A stretch of DNA of 26,447 nt from a virus (IMGVR_UViG_3300042994_000016:1-26447); one strand, 5' to 3'; numbered from the stretch's first letter, positions 9,614 through 18,519 are shown. Notes: generated by a model not told the origin, from the letters alone. Program-made: numbers and translations.

Positions 9614-9970
9614 CTACTCGGCTTCTGGAATTGGCGCTTCCTGCTCCCCCACAGGCTCCTCCGGAGCCCCAAGAAGGCCGGCGGTCAGAATAGCGAGCGC
9701 GAACTGGTGGTTCTCAAGCGGCGGGCGCATCTCGACGTGCATCCGCACCTTCTTCAGCGCGTCTTCAGACTTCATGCCGCCGCCAATAAGGCCGAGGCGG
9801 ATGACGTTGGTGATATCCTCAATCCGCCACTGGTGCGAATGGAGACGATGCAGGACCACGTATGGCCCGGCATCTGTTTTTTCCTGCAGTTCCGCCAGTT
9901 GGCCCCAGCCGAGACGGAAACTGTAGGTATCGTCGGCCCAGTCGAGCTCAATCTTGGCGTCGCGGCTCAT
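9614..9970 (-). CDS. Tail assembly chaperone (gpG-like; GTA-gp10-like family)
   Basis: 118 aa between tail tube and tape measure genes; FRLGWGQLAELQE and IRLGLIGGGM motifs. Confidence 0.8.
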   Translation of the reverse strand: MSRDAKIELDWADDTYSFRLGWGQLAELQEKTDAGPYVVLHRLHSHQWRIEDITNVIRLGLIGGGMKSEDALKKVRMHVEMRPPLENHQFALAILTAGLLGAPEEPVGEQEAPIPEAE

Positions 9971-10413
9971 CAGGCAAAGGTATCCGTGCGAACGAGAGCG
10001 CCGTCAGACTGCATCGATACGTTGAGCGTGACACGTCCGCCCTGTTCCGCGCCGATTTCCAAAGATTCAACGTGCATCTTGCCGGTCCAGGTAACTGTGC
10101 CGCCAGTGAATTCGACCTCGATCTTGACTGGAACAGCCTCGGTGCTTTCGTAAGCATCGAGCCATGTCACAACAGACGACGCGGCAAGCACGCCCTCGCC
10201 AGAGACGGAGGACGTGATGCTCTCGACATCGCGGCCAATCACGATCGGCGCGTCCGGGTCGGCGCAATCGGGCAAGCTAACCTCGCTCAGGCTCTTGCCA
10301 AGCGTCAGGCTCTTGCTGGTAAAGCCGCAAGGTGCGGCATAAACGATAGGGTCGGCATCATCGCCTAGAAGTACGCGGAACTTGCCGAAGCGCGCCGTTA
10401 CTGGTGCAGCCAT
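9970..10413 (-). CDS. Major tail tube protein
   Basis: Likely start MAAPVTARFG at 10413 with GGAG RBS; APCGFTSKSL, PDCADPD, SVSGEGV and MQSDG motifs. Confidence 0.85.
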   Translation of the reverse strand: MAAPVTARFGKFRVLLGDDADPIVYAAPCGFTSKSLTLGKSLSEVSLPDCADPDAPIVIGRDVESITSSVSGEGVLAASSVVTWLDAYESTEAVPVKIEVEFTGGTVTWTGKMHVESLEIGAEQGGRVTLNVSMQSDGALVRTDTFA

Positions 10414-10460
10414 CTTAGTGGTCTCCAAATCTGTGGTGGTTGTGGCGCGGTTGTGAGCCG

Positions 10461-10877
10461 CTAAGCGACCTCGACTAAGGCCGTAATGCTGACTATGGCG
10501 CGGTTGGTTGCGCCGTCGCTCTCGCGCTGGAAACGCGTAATGCGGTGACTAATCGTCGCTAAAGCGTTTTGCGCCAGCGGAAACTCGACCTCATGAAGCG
10601 CCGCCCTGACGGCGCCGGCCAGTTTGCGAACCTGCGCACTCCCGAAGGCTTCACCGGAGCCCCACGACCAGCAGTCGATTTGCATGGTGATCTCGAGGCC
10701 GTCGATGCATTCCGCGTCATCACTGACGGCGTCAGATGGCCCCATTGAAATATACGGAGGTATAATTGCACCGTCTGGCGGGCGGTCGTAGACGCGATTG
10801 CCAACGAAAGACGAAACTGCCGTTGTGGCCTTCAAGCGATTGATGATTGCGGCCGTTAGTTCATAGGTAGGATCCAT
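10461..10877 (-). CDS. Tail completion/terminator protein (DUF3168-like)
   Basis: RVYDRPP...PYISMG...QIDCWS...VRAALH; synteny. Confidence 0.8.
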   Translation of the reverse strand: MDPTYELTAAIINRLKATTAVSSFVGNRVYDRPPDGAIIPPYISMGPSDAVSDDAECIDGLEITMQIDCWSWGSGEAFGSAQVRKLAGAVRAALHEVEFPLAQNALATISHRITRFQRESDGATNRAIVSITALVEVA

Positions 10878-11344
10878 CAGCCGCCTCCTGCGGCGACCTC
10901 TTTGGCCGCCTTATTAATCGCGCGGGTGATGCGCCCTTTGGCTTTCTTTCGGGTGGCCCGGTACGAGACGAAAAAGTATGGGCGAGCGGGCTGCGCCGGG
11001 ATCTCGGCGCCTTCGAACTTTCCACCGGCCTTATGTGCCGACGTACCAAACTCGACCCATCGCGCCCAAAATGCGTCGCTGTTGCCGGCGTAGACGGTAA
11101 TCGTGAGGTCGCCACCGACGCCTTCGACCCTGCCGATAGCCATGGCACCTTTCGTCGCCCTACCCCACGTCCAGCCAATGCTTTCCTTCAATGCGCCCGT
11201 GTCAGTCGGGACGAGAGATTTGGCCAGCGTGACCATCTCTTCAGCACCCTCCTCCATCGCTTTCCTGATGCGCTCTTTCGCAACGTTCGGCAGGCGGTCA
11301 AGTTTGCGCTGGAGTTCTCTGAGACGAAGGATTCGAGCCGTCAT
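10877..11344 (-). CDS. HK97 gp10-like neck/tail component
   Basis: VPTDTGALKESI, WVEFGT and ARPYFF motifs. Confidence 0.85.
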   Translation of the reverse strand: MTARILRLRELQRKLDRLPNVAKERIRKAMEEGAEEMVTLAKSLVPTDTGALKESIGWTWGRATKGAMAIGRVEGVGGDLTITVYAGNSDAFWARWVEFGTSAHKAGGKFEGAEIPAQPARPYFFVSYRATRKKAKGRITRAINKAAKEVAAGGG

Positions 11345-11691
11345 GCGCTTGCCTGCGCGCCGATGGTGGCCAGCATCTCGATGAACCTGTTCTGTTGATC
11401 AGTATTCACCGGAGGCGATGTGATGGCGTAGACCTGGGAGGTGCGCTTGTCGACGGCGCGCCATGTTGAATCCAGTGAGCGCGTGGCGTCGTGCGACCGG
11501 ACACGGATTGTCACCGGCTGGAGACCCTGAAGCCTTGCACCCATGACGGCTTCCGTGCCCATGCGCGGAATGATTTCCGCGGCGTCTTCGAAGACCGTCG
11601 CGAAATCACCGGTCACTTCATTGCCATATCCGTCATCGCTGACGGCGCGCTTTTGAAACAACAGCAGAGAGCGAAGTTTTCCTGCCGGCAT
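11341..11691 (-). CDS. Head closure / head-tail joining protein
   Basis: MPAGKLR...DDGYGN N-terminus typical of SPP1 gp16-like proteins. Confidence 0.8.
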   Translation of the reverse strand: MPAGKLRSLLLFQKRAVSDDGYGNEVTGDFATVFEDAAEIIPRMGTEAVMGARLQGLQPVTIRVRSHDATRSLDSTWRAVDKRTSQVYAITSPPVNTDQQNRFIEMLATIGAQASA

Positions 11692-11845
11692 CTGCTGGCC
11701 TTTCCGTAGGGACTGCGCGACCTACCGATATGGCTGCGGCCGCACAGGATCGTGTGACGTATTCCGTCATGCTGGCGCGATAAGCGATGGTCACTGACGG
11801 CCGCGGTTTCCAGTCGAAGTCCGCGGTAAACCGCACCCAGGGCAT
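11633..11845 (-). CDS. Small phage hypothetical protein (70 aa)
   Basis: TGATG coupling to the upstream gene; fills the gap within the neck module. Confidence 0.6.
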   Translation of the reverse strand: MPWVRFTADFDWKPRPSVTIAYRASMTEYVTRSCAAAAISVGRAVPTERPADAGRKTSLSAVVSKARRQR

Positions 11846-12381
11846 CAGCCACGTCTATAGTTGCAGAGCAGCGCGTCGAAGGCGGTCCAGCCAGGGGCGG
11901 CGCCGTTCTCACGAATCTCATAGGCTTCGGCGATCCAGAGCAGCATCGCGTGCCGAATCGGCTTCGGCAGTTCGTCATAACCCGCAACAGCAGTTACCGT
12001 GATGCGCGAACCCATGCGGATCGGAGGCCACTGCTGGCCGTAGGCGGGAGCAACTGACACTTCCAAGCCATCGGCGCGCAGTTCATAAGCGGCCTCTGGC
12101 AGCGTCTGCACGACGCCTGCCGTATCGATGTATTCGATGTCGACGTCGGACACAGGCGCGAGCGGTAGCCGCGTGAAGTCGCAGAAGCTGTCGCATTTGA
12201 TTTCGACCGTGCGTTCCGCGAGCGGCGTGCCGGTGTAGTTTTCGACATGCTCCCGCGCGGCTGCGATCAAGCCTTCAAAAAGAACGTCGTCATCGTCATG
12301 CAGCACAACGCATTGGCGCTTGGCATCGGCGGCCGTTAGCGGCTCAGTCGGTGGCGTCAGAACCTTCGGTGGATACCACAT
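11845..12381 (-). CDS. Head-tail connector (gp6-like)
   Basis: Likely start MWYPPK at 12381; EPLT..AK, LIAAAREHVENYTG, AGY..LP..IRHAMLL motifs. Confidence 0.85.
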   Translation of the reverse strand: MWYPPKVLTPPTEPLTAADAKRQCVVLHDDDDVLFEGLIAAAREHVENYTGTPLAERTVEIKCDSFCDFTRLPLAPVSDVDIEYIDTAGVVQTLPEAAYELRADGLEVSVAPAYGQQWPPIRMGSRITVTAVAGYDELPKPIRHAMLLWIAEAYEIRENGAAPGWTAFDALLCNYRRG

Positions 12382-12574
12382 CAACCTTGCCCTTTTTGGT
12401 GCGTCGTTCAGGAGCGGGCTGCGCAACGGCGCGCTCAACGGCCTCCGCAACGACAGGGACTGCATAGCCCGCCTCAATCAGGCGAATGGCTTCTGCATCT
12501 GGAAATTCGTGTTCATCGCTGGGTGCCAACGAGTATTCATTGCCGGCCAAGCCGACGAGCATTCGGATATTCAT
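12344..12574 (-). CDS. Small hypothetical protein after the capsid gene (76 aa)
   Basis: Likely start MNIRML at 12574 with AAGGAG RBS; EAIRLIEAGYA motif. Confidence 0.65.
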   Translation of the reverse strand: MNIRMLVGLAGNEYSLAPSDEHEFPDAEAIRLIEAGYAVPVVAEAVERAVAQPAPERRTKKGKVDVVSTEGSDATD

Positions 12575-12585
12575 GTCATCTCCTT

Positions 12586-12610
12586 GAAAGGAGGCGGGCC
12601 GAAGCCCGCC
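12586..12610 (-). terminator. UUCG hairpin after the capsid gene (weak terminator or mRNA stabiliser)
   Basis: Minus strand GGCGGGC-TTCG-GCCCGCC then TCCTTTC. Confidence 0.55.
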
Positions 12611-12618
12611 GTCCAAGA

Positions 12619-13899
12619 TTACGATGCAGCCATTGCGAGGTGCTTGACCGCAGCAGTATCGCCAAGTTCGCCGTCGAAGCGGATAAGGCCAGCGATGCCG
12701 AGATCCGGCCAGAAGCGCTCACGCAGAACGCCGATGACGGGCGAACCGACCTTGCGTACAAAGTACTTCGAGAAGTCGCCGAAGATGATCGGCTTGGTGC
12801 CGGCAGCAATCTGCGGGACGTCATCGTTGATCTCGTAGCGGTAGCCGAGCAGCGTGCCGGGTTCGCCCTTCTGGATGTCGCCCATGGACCACAGGTAGTT
12901 GCCGTCGCCGTCCTTCAGCTTGCGGATAGCCGCCAGCGTGAGGTCTGCGAACATGAACCGCGCCTTCGGCGAACGGCGATAGGCCGCGTTCACCGAGTGC
13001 AGGAGGTCGATGATCTCGTCGCCCGTAATGGCCGCAGCGGCCGTCGCGGTCTTGCCAATCGAAGAAGCCGTCACAACACCGTTCGGGTCGCCGGTACCGT
13101 CGCCGATCGTCAGCTCACGGTTGGCGATGCGAGCAAGACGCTCGCCGAGGAGAGCACCAAGCAGCGTCTCGACATTGAAGATTGAGTCCTGCGCCAGTTC
13201 CATCGAGAACTTCACGAACTCGGTGTCGTAGACGTAGGCTGACAGCTCCTTATTGCCAAAGACCGCATCCTGCGAGCCGTCATCAGCAACAGCCGAGCCT
13301 TCCGTGTGCTTTGCACCCGTCTTAGCCGTGTCGTCGACGGTGGGGATGTTGATCACATTGCCTGCTGCAGTGTTCAACTCGGTAACGATGTCCTCGCGGT
13401 ACATCGGCCCCCAGTCCTTCATCGTCTTGACGATGAAGTCCGCGAGCTCAACCGGAACAGTATAGCCGCCGGCGGAATTGGTGCCGGTCGTCTGCATGCG
13501 GAATTCCTTGCCGGACTGTACGCCGGCCTTCAGAACCGCGCGCTCTTCCGAAGAAAGCTCACCGATGTCGGCGCCCGCCGCAAGGAACTTGTAGAATACC
13601 GAGCGGTATTCGAGCTGCTCGCCATTATCCTGACCGCGTGTTTCGCCGCCGGAAACGGGACGCTTGTTCTCACGATCCTTGCGGGCACGCTCCTCAAAGC
13701 GGGCTTCCAGAGCGGCCTGACGCTCTTCGCGTTCGATGTTCTTCTCGACGCGATCGAAGTCAGCCATGATGGCGTCGTGACGAGCTTCAAGCTCTGCGGA
13801 TCTGGCTTCGTCGGTGTTTGCAGTGATTTCGTTCAGGGCTTCGCGGGCCTGCGTCATCAGACGGCCGCGCTTCTCCTGCAGCTCAGTAAGAGTTGCCAT
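12619..13899 (-). CDS. Major capsid protein, HK97 fold, with N-terminal coiled-coil scaffold (delta) domain
   Basis: GGYTVP, SMELAQDS, GDGTGDPNG, KLKDGDGNYLW and IIFGDFS motifs; GGAG RBS. Confidence 0.95.
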   Translation of the reverse strand: MATLTELQEKRGRLMTQAREALNEITANTDEARSAELEARHDAIMADFDRVEKNIEREERQAALEARFEERARKDRENKRPVSGGETRGQDNGEQLEYRSVFYKFLAAGADIGELSSEERAVLKAGVQSGKEFRMQTTGTNSAGGYTVPVELADFIVKTMKDWGPMYREDIVTELNTAAGNVINIPTVDDTAKTGAKHTEGSAVADDGSQDAVFGNKELSAYVYDTEFVKFSMELAQDSIFNVETLLGALLGERLARIANRELTIGDGTGDPNGVVTASSIGKTATAAAAITGDEIIDLLHSVNAAYRRSPKARFMFADLTLAAIRKLKDGDGNYLWSMGDIQKGEPGTLLGYRYEINDDVPQIAAGTKPIIFGDFSKYFVRKVGSPVIGVLRERFWPDLGIAGLIRFDGELGDTAAVKHLAMAAS

Positions 13900-13966
13900 T
13901 TAGGTCTCCAGTGTGGTGGGTTGATTGGCAGGACTAGTCGTCCGGCCCTCCGCTGGTAGCGGGTGA

Positions 13967-14572
13967 CTACGAGGCGTCCTGCCGGATGCCCCGAAACTTT
14001 TGCTCTTGCAGAGCACGCTTCTCAGCCAGACGGCGAGCCGCGGCTACCTTGTTTCGCGCGTAACCTTCGGCGCGGGCCTCCTCAAGCGAGCGCTTGCCGA
14101 GGGTGGTGTCTTCGTAGGCCGGAATCGGCGTGGCCGTCACCTCGAAAAGGTCGGCCTCAAGGATGGTCCGCTTCGGCAGATCGCCGGTGTCGTCCCACTC
14201 TTGCTTGTTGGCTCGAAATCCGAAGCTCATGCCGCTGATATCGCCACGCTCGACGAGCTCCCAGAGGTCATTGCCGTCCGTAGTGTTCGGGACGTCAATT
14301 TCGACCTTCAGGCCGCGCTCGTCCTCGACGAGGCGAAGCGTCTTGCTCTTCGTGCGACCGATCACCCGGCCATGGTCGTGATTGACCAAAGCCAGAATGT
14401 CGTTGCGGATTGCCTTCGTGAAAGCGCCAGGGGCGATGCGCTCGATGAAATAGTCGCCGATCGTCGTGTCGCTGTTCCAGACAACGGCGTAGCCGGTGAG
14501 CGTCCGCTTCTCACTGTCGGCGCGGATCTCCACGCCAAGCGAGCCGCCGCGCTTCTCGATATCTTTGATCAT
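13967..14572 (-). CDS. HK97-family prohead protease
   Basis: GYAVVWN, ERIAPGAF, NHD, GDISGMSFGF, EVT...PAY motifs. Confidence 0.93.
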   Translation of the reverse strand: MIKDIEKRGGSLGVEIRADSEKRTLTGYAVVWNSDTTIGDYFIERIAPGAFTKAIRNDILALVNHDHGRVIGRTKSKTLRLVEDERGLKVEIDVPNTTDGNDLWELVERGDISGMSFGFRANKQEWDDTGDLPKRTILEADLFEVTATPIPAYEDTTLGKRSLEEARAEGYARNKVAAARRLAEKRALQEQKFRGIRQDAS

Positions 14573-15846
14573 GCGGCTTCCGCCTCGTCATTGTTGCTAT
14601 CATTGGACGAAGACGGCGGGTCGCCGCCTCGTCCTGTATCCATCGGCTGAGTTCCCAACGGAACCGTTGCGCCCTGCACAAGCAGATCGTCGCCCTTCGG
14701 CATAGCCGGCCTGTTCTCGAGCGCGCGAGCCTCATTTGGCGTCATCTGCGCCGTCTGAATCGCGCGTGCGATACCCTCGACGCGGCTCTTGAAATCGCCC
14801 CGCATCAGGCCGTCGAGATTGTGCTCCACATAGCGCGAAGCGCCGTCACGGCCGAAGAATTTGAGGTTGATTTCATCCTCAAGCGCCTTGGCCCACTGGC
14901 CGATCAGGTGCTTGACCAGATGCAAGTCCTGCTGCTCGGCGTTGCTGAAGGTCGCACGGCTCAAATCCTGCAGAAACACCGGCGGCAATTGCCACGCCCT
15001 GGCGATCTCCTCGACCTGGAAGCGGCGAGCCTCGATCATCTGGCCTTTTGCAGGGTCCAGACCGACCGGCGTCAGCTTGTAGCCAGGTGGAATTGCGAAC
15101 ACCGCCTCATTGGCGTTCTTCGCGCTATCGACTGACCGCTTGATGTCACCTTGTGCACGCTTCATCGCTTCGGCGTTGGCAGGCAACGGGCCTTCCAAGG
15201 ACAGCGGCGGGACACCGCCACCAGCGAAGAAGTTTGAGCCGTAGTCGTTCATGGCAATCGCAAGCTGGATTGCCTTCGTCGCCCTCTGGATAGGCCCGTA
15301 GTGTTTCAGGCCGTCGGAATGCAGCATGAATGGGACGTCGATGACGTCCTCCGCCGCGTAATCTCTGCCGTCGAACTGGTAGACGACGCGAAAGCCCGTC
15401 CGTTTGATGACGGTCTTGGCCGGGTCCATCGGCCACAGCGAGTCGATGCCCTGCGGCGTTCGCTCGATATAAGCCAGACCGCGGCCACCGGTGAAAACCT
15501 GCTGCCAGAACCACTGCCAGAACGCGAACGAGCCCATAGTCTCGTTTGGCGAGCGATTAACGACCGTCTCCAGCCGTCCGCCGACGCGCTTGGCGCCGTC
15601 CTTGCTGTTGCGGTACGCGTGCCTCGGCAGCGCGGCCAGTGTGCGGGACATAAACGCCACTGCAGCCAGCACGGCCGGCACTGTGAGAGCCGCATCGATC
15701 GTGACGCGCGGCAGGGTCGCCTGCTGCACGCCGAAGAATGCCATGAAGTTCTCAGAACTCACCGGCACCGTCGGGTTTTCGATGCTTGCTCGCGTTTCCG
15801 CCGCTTTTTCGACGTTTCGGCGGCCAAAGCCAAAGTTCCAAGCCAT
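14569..15846 (-). CDS. HK97-family portal protein
   Basis: Likely start MAWNFG at 15846 (TAATG overlap); EEIARAWQLPP, TFSNAEQQ, MTPNEARALEN motifs. Confidence 0.93.
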   Translation of the reverse strand: MAWNFGFGRRNVEKAAETRASIENPTVPVSSENFMAFFGVQQATLPRVTIDAALTVPAVLAAVAFMSRTLAALPRHAYRNSKDGAKRVGGRLETVVNRSPNETMGSFAFWQWFWQQVFTGGRGLAYIERTPQGIDSLWPMDPAKTVIKRTGFRVVYQFDGRDYAAEDVIDVPFMLHSDGLKHYGPIQRATKAIQLAIAMNDYGSNFFAGGGVPPLSLEGPLPANAEAMKRAQGDIKRSVDSAKNANEAVFAIPPGYKLTPVGLDPAKGQMIEARRFQVEEIARAWQLPPVFLQDLSRATFSNAEQQDLHLVKHLIGQWAKALEDEINLKFFGRDGASRYVEHNLDGLMRGDFKSRVEGIARAIQTAQMTPNEARALENRPAMPKGDDLLVQGATVPLGTQPMDTGRGGDPPSSSNDSNNDEAEAA

Positions 15847-17408
15847 TATGCCGCCTTTGTGAGTGCGAATTCCGGGTCGTCCCAAGGGGAACTGGCTGGC
15901 AATGCCGGCACATATTCCTCGGCAGCAGAAAGGGCCATGACCAAAGAAATCATGCCGTCAATGCGCCCTCGGCTGCCCGCCTTAGTGAGTTTACGGTTGC
16001 CGGCGTCATCTTTTTTTACGACTGCATTGCCGGCACACATCGTCAAGACAGGATGGTTGCCGTGGCGGACCTTGCCGTTTAGCAGCAGCGATTCCGTCGT
16101 CCTGAGTGCGGGCGACATGGAGACGAACCCCTGCCCGAATTCGACGAATTTCTCATCGATCTCCGCCTCGCCAAATCCTGCTCTCAGTAGGCAGGGTCGG
16201 AGGTGGCGGAAGTTGTAGCGGTCGAACGCGATCTTCTGAACATTGAAGTCGTCGCAGACGTCGCGAATGTGGCGGGCGATGTGGTCGTACTCGATACTCT
16301 TCGCGCCAGGAATTGCTTCGATGAAGCCGTCCTCCGCCCACACGTCGTATGCGACCCGATCCATACGCGCTTTCGATGCGAGACCTTCACCAGGCAACCA
16401 GAAGTGAGGCCGCACATCCCAAAGATCATCCTCAGGCGCAACCAGTACCAGGCTGGTCAAGTCGCTACATTCGCTGAGGTCGAGGCCTCCAAACACAGGC
16501 CTCCCAAGGAAATCCCGATTTGGCTCGGATGCGTTCTCCATCCACACCTTGCGCGATACGAACGGGTTGGTCGTCTCCACTCGGCGATTCAGGACCAGGT
16601 TCTCGAACTCGGCGGCGCGCGACGGCATATTCCGCGCGTCCTCCATCATGCCCAGGACCTCCTCCTGGTTCATGAAGATATCAAACGCTGGATTTGCCGC
16701 CCTCACCGCCTCTACCGTGAAGGTATCAAGTTCTGCGGGAGCCGTTTGAAAGCGTAAGACTGTCCGAGGGTCGCGAGCCTTCTTCGCATCGTCGATCAGC
16801 ACTGAGAGCAGATCGGCATCAGTGGGAGCTTGTGTGCTGATGATGATGGAAAGTGGCTCGCCTTGAGCTGCGGTTGCAGTTTCAAGCGCGTCATAAAGGG
16901 ATGACCGAGGCCCCTTCACCTGGCCGAGCTCGTCGTGGATCGTGAGCACAGGAGACAGACCGTAAGCAGTCGCAGCGTCAGCCGAAAGCGCGCGATAGAC
17001 TGTGCCGAGCTCGCGACAGACGATGCGTTTCCCGCTGTCTTTTGGCTCAGCATAAGCTGAAAGCACCGGCGACATCCGGATCATCTTCGCTGCGAGCTCA
17101 AACAAGATCGCGGCCTGGTCGCGCGATTGCGCGGCGCTGTAAAGCTGCCCGTTACGCTTCGCCTCAGGGCCGCACAAATGCAGCAAGAGGATCATCGCGC
17201 TTTCGGTCGTCTTTGCGTTCTTTCGACCGCGTGAGATGATTGCGCGCCTGGTGCCGTGCTCGTTGTCGTAGATTGCACGCAGGTCGTCCTTCATGAAGCC
17301 TGCAAGCTTTATCGGCTGGCCCACGAACCTGCCCTCAGGGATGCGAATGTGCTTCTCAAGCCAGCGGATGTTTCGCTCGGCTCGGCTAATCGTCGTCGCC
17401 ATCATCAT
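15846..17408 (-). CDS. terL: Terminase large subunit
   Basis: Walker A-like GRKNAKT, Walker B TIHDE, ISTQ coupling motif, nuclease GLDLS and RIDG; exact start among three ATGs uncertain. Confidence 0.95.
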   Translation of the reverse strand: MMMATTISRAERNIRWLEKHIRIPEGRFVGQPIKLAGFMKDDLRAIYDNEHGTRRAIISRGRKNAKTTESAMILLLHLCGPEAKRNGQLYSAAQSRDQAAILFELAAKMIRMSPVLSAYAEPKDSGKRIVCRELGTVYRALSADAATAYGLSPVLTIHDELGQVKGPRSSLYDALETATAAQGEPLSIIISTQAPTDADLLSVLIDDAKKARDPRTVLRFQTAPAELDTFTVEAVRAANPAFDIFMNQEEVLGMMEDARNMPSRAAEFENLVLNRRVETTNPFVSRKVWMENASEPNRDFLGRPVFGGLDLSECSDLTSLVLVAPEDDLWDVRPHFWLPGEGLASKARMDRVAYDVWAEDGFIEAIPGAKSIEYDHIARHIRDVCDDFNVQKIAFDRYNFRHLRPCLLRAGFGEAEIDEKFVEFGQGFVSMSPALRTTESLLLNGKVRHGNHPVLTMCAGNAVVKKDDAGNRKLTKAGSRGRIDGMISLVMALSAAEEYVPALPASSPWDDPEFALTKAA

Positions 17409-17814
17409 CCCATGGCGCCGTGATCTGCCCCGGCTTCTTTGCCGATTCAGCGCGCACCGTAGCCTGTTGGGTAATCCGCATGCGGGTAGCCAGCGACGAA
17501 ATCGCGCGACCTTCTCGCTCCTGCATCTTCAGGAGCTTGTCGTATGCGTCTAGATCAAACGTTTTCGCCTTCTCGGCGCGAACTATGAGCAGAGCAATGC
17601 GCCGCGACGCTGCCACGTGACGGCAGTACTGGACCAGCAGGGCGTGGGTCTCGCGTGGAAACCAGTCCGCTGGCATTCGATCGACTACAGCACGCCACTC
17701 TACAGCCTGCTCTAGTGGCATATCATCAGGCGGCTGCGGTCGATTTATCACCTCGACATTTGAGGCGATGATAATCTCAGTGCTTGCCGCCGACTTCCGT
17801 CCGCGCGCCGCCAT
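17386..17814 (-). CDS. terS: Terminase small subunit
   Basis: 142 aa between HNH and terL; basic MAARGRK N-terminus, LLVQYC, LATRMRIT; GGAG RBS. Confidence 0.8.
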   Translation of the reverse strand: MAARGRKSAASTEIIIASNVEVINRPQPPDDMPLEQAVEWRAVVDRMPADWFPRETHALLVQYCRHVAASRRIALLIVRAEKAKTFDLDAYDKLLKMQEREGRAISSLATRMRITQQATVRAESAKKPGQITAPWDDDGDDD

Positions 17815-17921
17815 TTCAATGCTCCAGAAACTTTTTCTCTACAGGTTTAGACTCGGATGCCCCCGACGCCGATACGGTGCCGGACGGCGAGAAACCGATG
17901 ACGCCCCCCTCCCGTCATCGG
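17815..17921. other. Candidate cos packaging region
   Basis: Non-coding gap between HNH and terS, where cos lies in HK97-like phages; contains G-runs on the minus strand and a perfect 9-bp inverted repeat (17895-17903/17913-17921). Confidence 0.5.
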
Positions 17922-18217
17922 CCATGGCGCCACTCCGGCCATCCTGACGCATCGAGACGAGTGTCTACGCCGCCACGCTCAAGGCGCTGCTTGGTCCCAT
18001 CATGGTGCGCCTTGCAAAGGCTCTGGAGATTGTGGGGATCGTGAAAGAGGTTGAGCTGCCCTTTGTGAGCAACAACGTGATCCACGACTTGAGCAGCCGT
18101 GACGTCCTCTACCTCAAGACAAAATTCGCACAACGGCTGCAGTGCTAGTTGGTGGTCTCGAAGACGCTTCCATGCTGCGGTCTGATAAAGGTGATGCCAG
18201 TCGCTCTTGTTGGCCAT
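17915..18217 (-). CDS. Terminase-associated HNH endonuclease (HK97 gp74-like)
   Basis: PLCEFC...VDHVVAHKG...NLQSLCKAHHD, directly upstream of terS. Confidence 0.92.
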   Translation of the reverse strand: MANKSDWHHLYQTAAWKRLRDHQLALQPLCEFCLEVEDVTAAQVVDHVVAHKGQLNLFHDPHNLQSLCKAHHDGTKQRLERGGVDTRLDASGWPEWRHGR

Positions 18218-18228
18218 ACCTCACCACC

Positions 18229-18392
18229 AAACGAAAGCGGCCGGCTCAACCATCTAAGGGAGCCGGCCGGGGATTACCTGTCGCCGGAGGAGGAGAAGCG
18301 CAGGCAATAGAATTAGCGGCGACGGGAGCCATCTGTAAGGACAGCGTCACCGTCGCGCACGCCGTCGCGTGTCGAGGGTCGCGCCGGGCGTC
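18229..18392 (-). ncRNA. Putative structured RNA or leader: four hairpins with C-rich loops ending in a terminator
   Basis: Stems at 18360-18390 (imperfect), 18319-18356, 18273-18308 (loop UCUCCUCCUCC) and 18238-18269 (10 bp, then CUUUCGUUU). Confidence 0.55.
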
Positions 18393-18449
18393 TTGATCTG
18401 TTATTGAGATAGTCACTAGGTGGTGACCACATCGCGTTCATTCAAGGCC

Positions 18450-18474
18450 GGAACAAGAGGCTGCCGCGCGCATT
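18450..18474 (+). promoter_or_regulatory. General-stress sigma (EcfG/RpoE2/SigT) promoter
   Basis: GGAAC-N16-CATT, 45 nt upstream of the small membrane peptide ORF. Confidence 0.6.
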
Positions 18475-18519
18475 TCTGCTTTGTCAGGAACCTGACGAAT
18501 GATCAGAAAGGGGTATCAG

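Noticed and set aside
16011-16017. A7 run in terL as a frameshift or phase-variation site
   Set aside because: Explained by Val-Lys-Lys codons; the frame is intact and no useful alternative product is evident
157-17620. Long plus-strand ORFs such as 7176-8174, 12523-13185 and 15301-16218
   Set aside because: Antisense shadows of well-supported minus-strand genes in GC-rich DNA; no recognisable motifs
5372-17814. Gene transfer agent cluster
   Set aside because: Some tail genes are GTA-like, but integrase, att site, replication gene and HNH/cos-type packaging indicate a prophage
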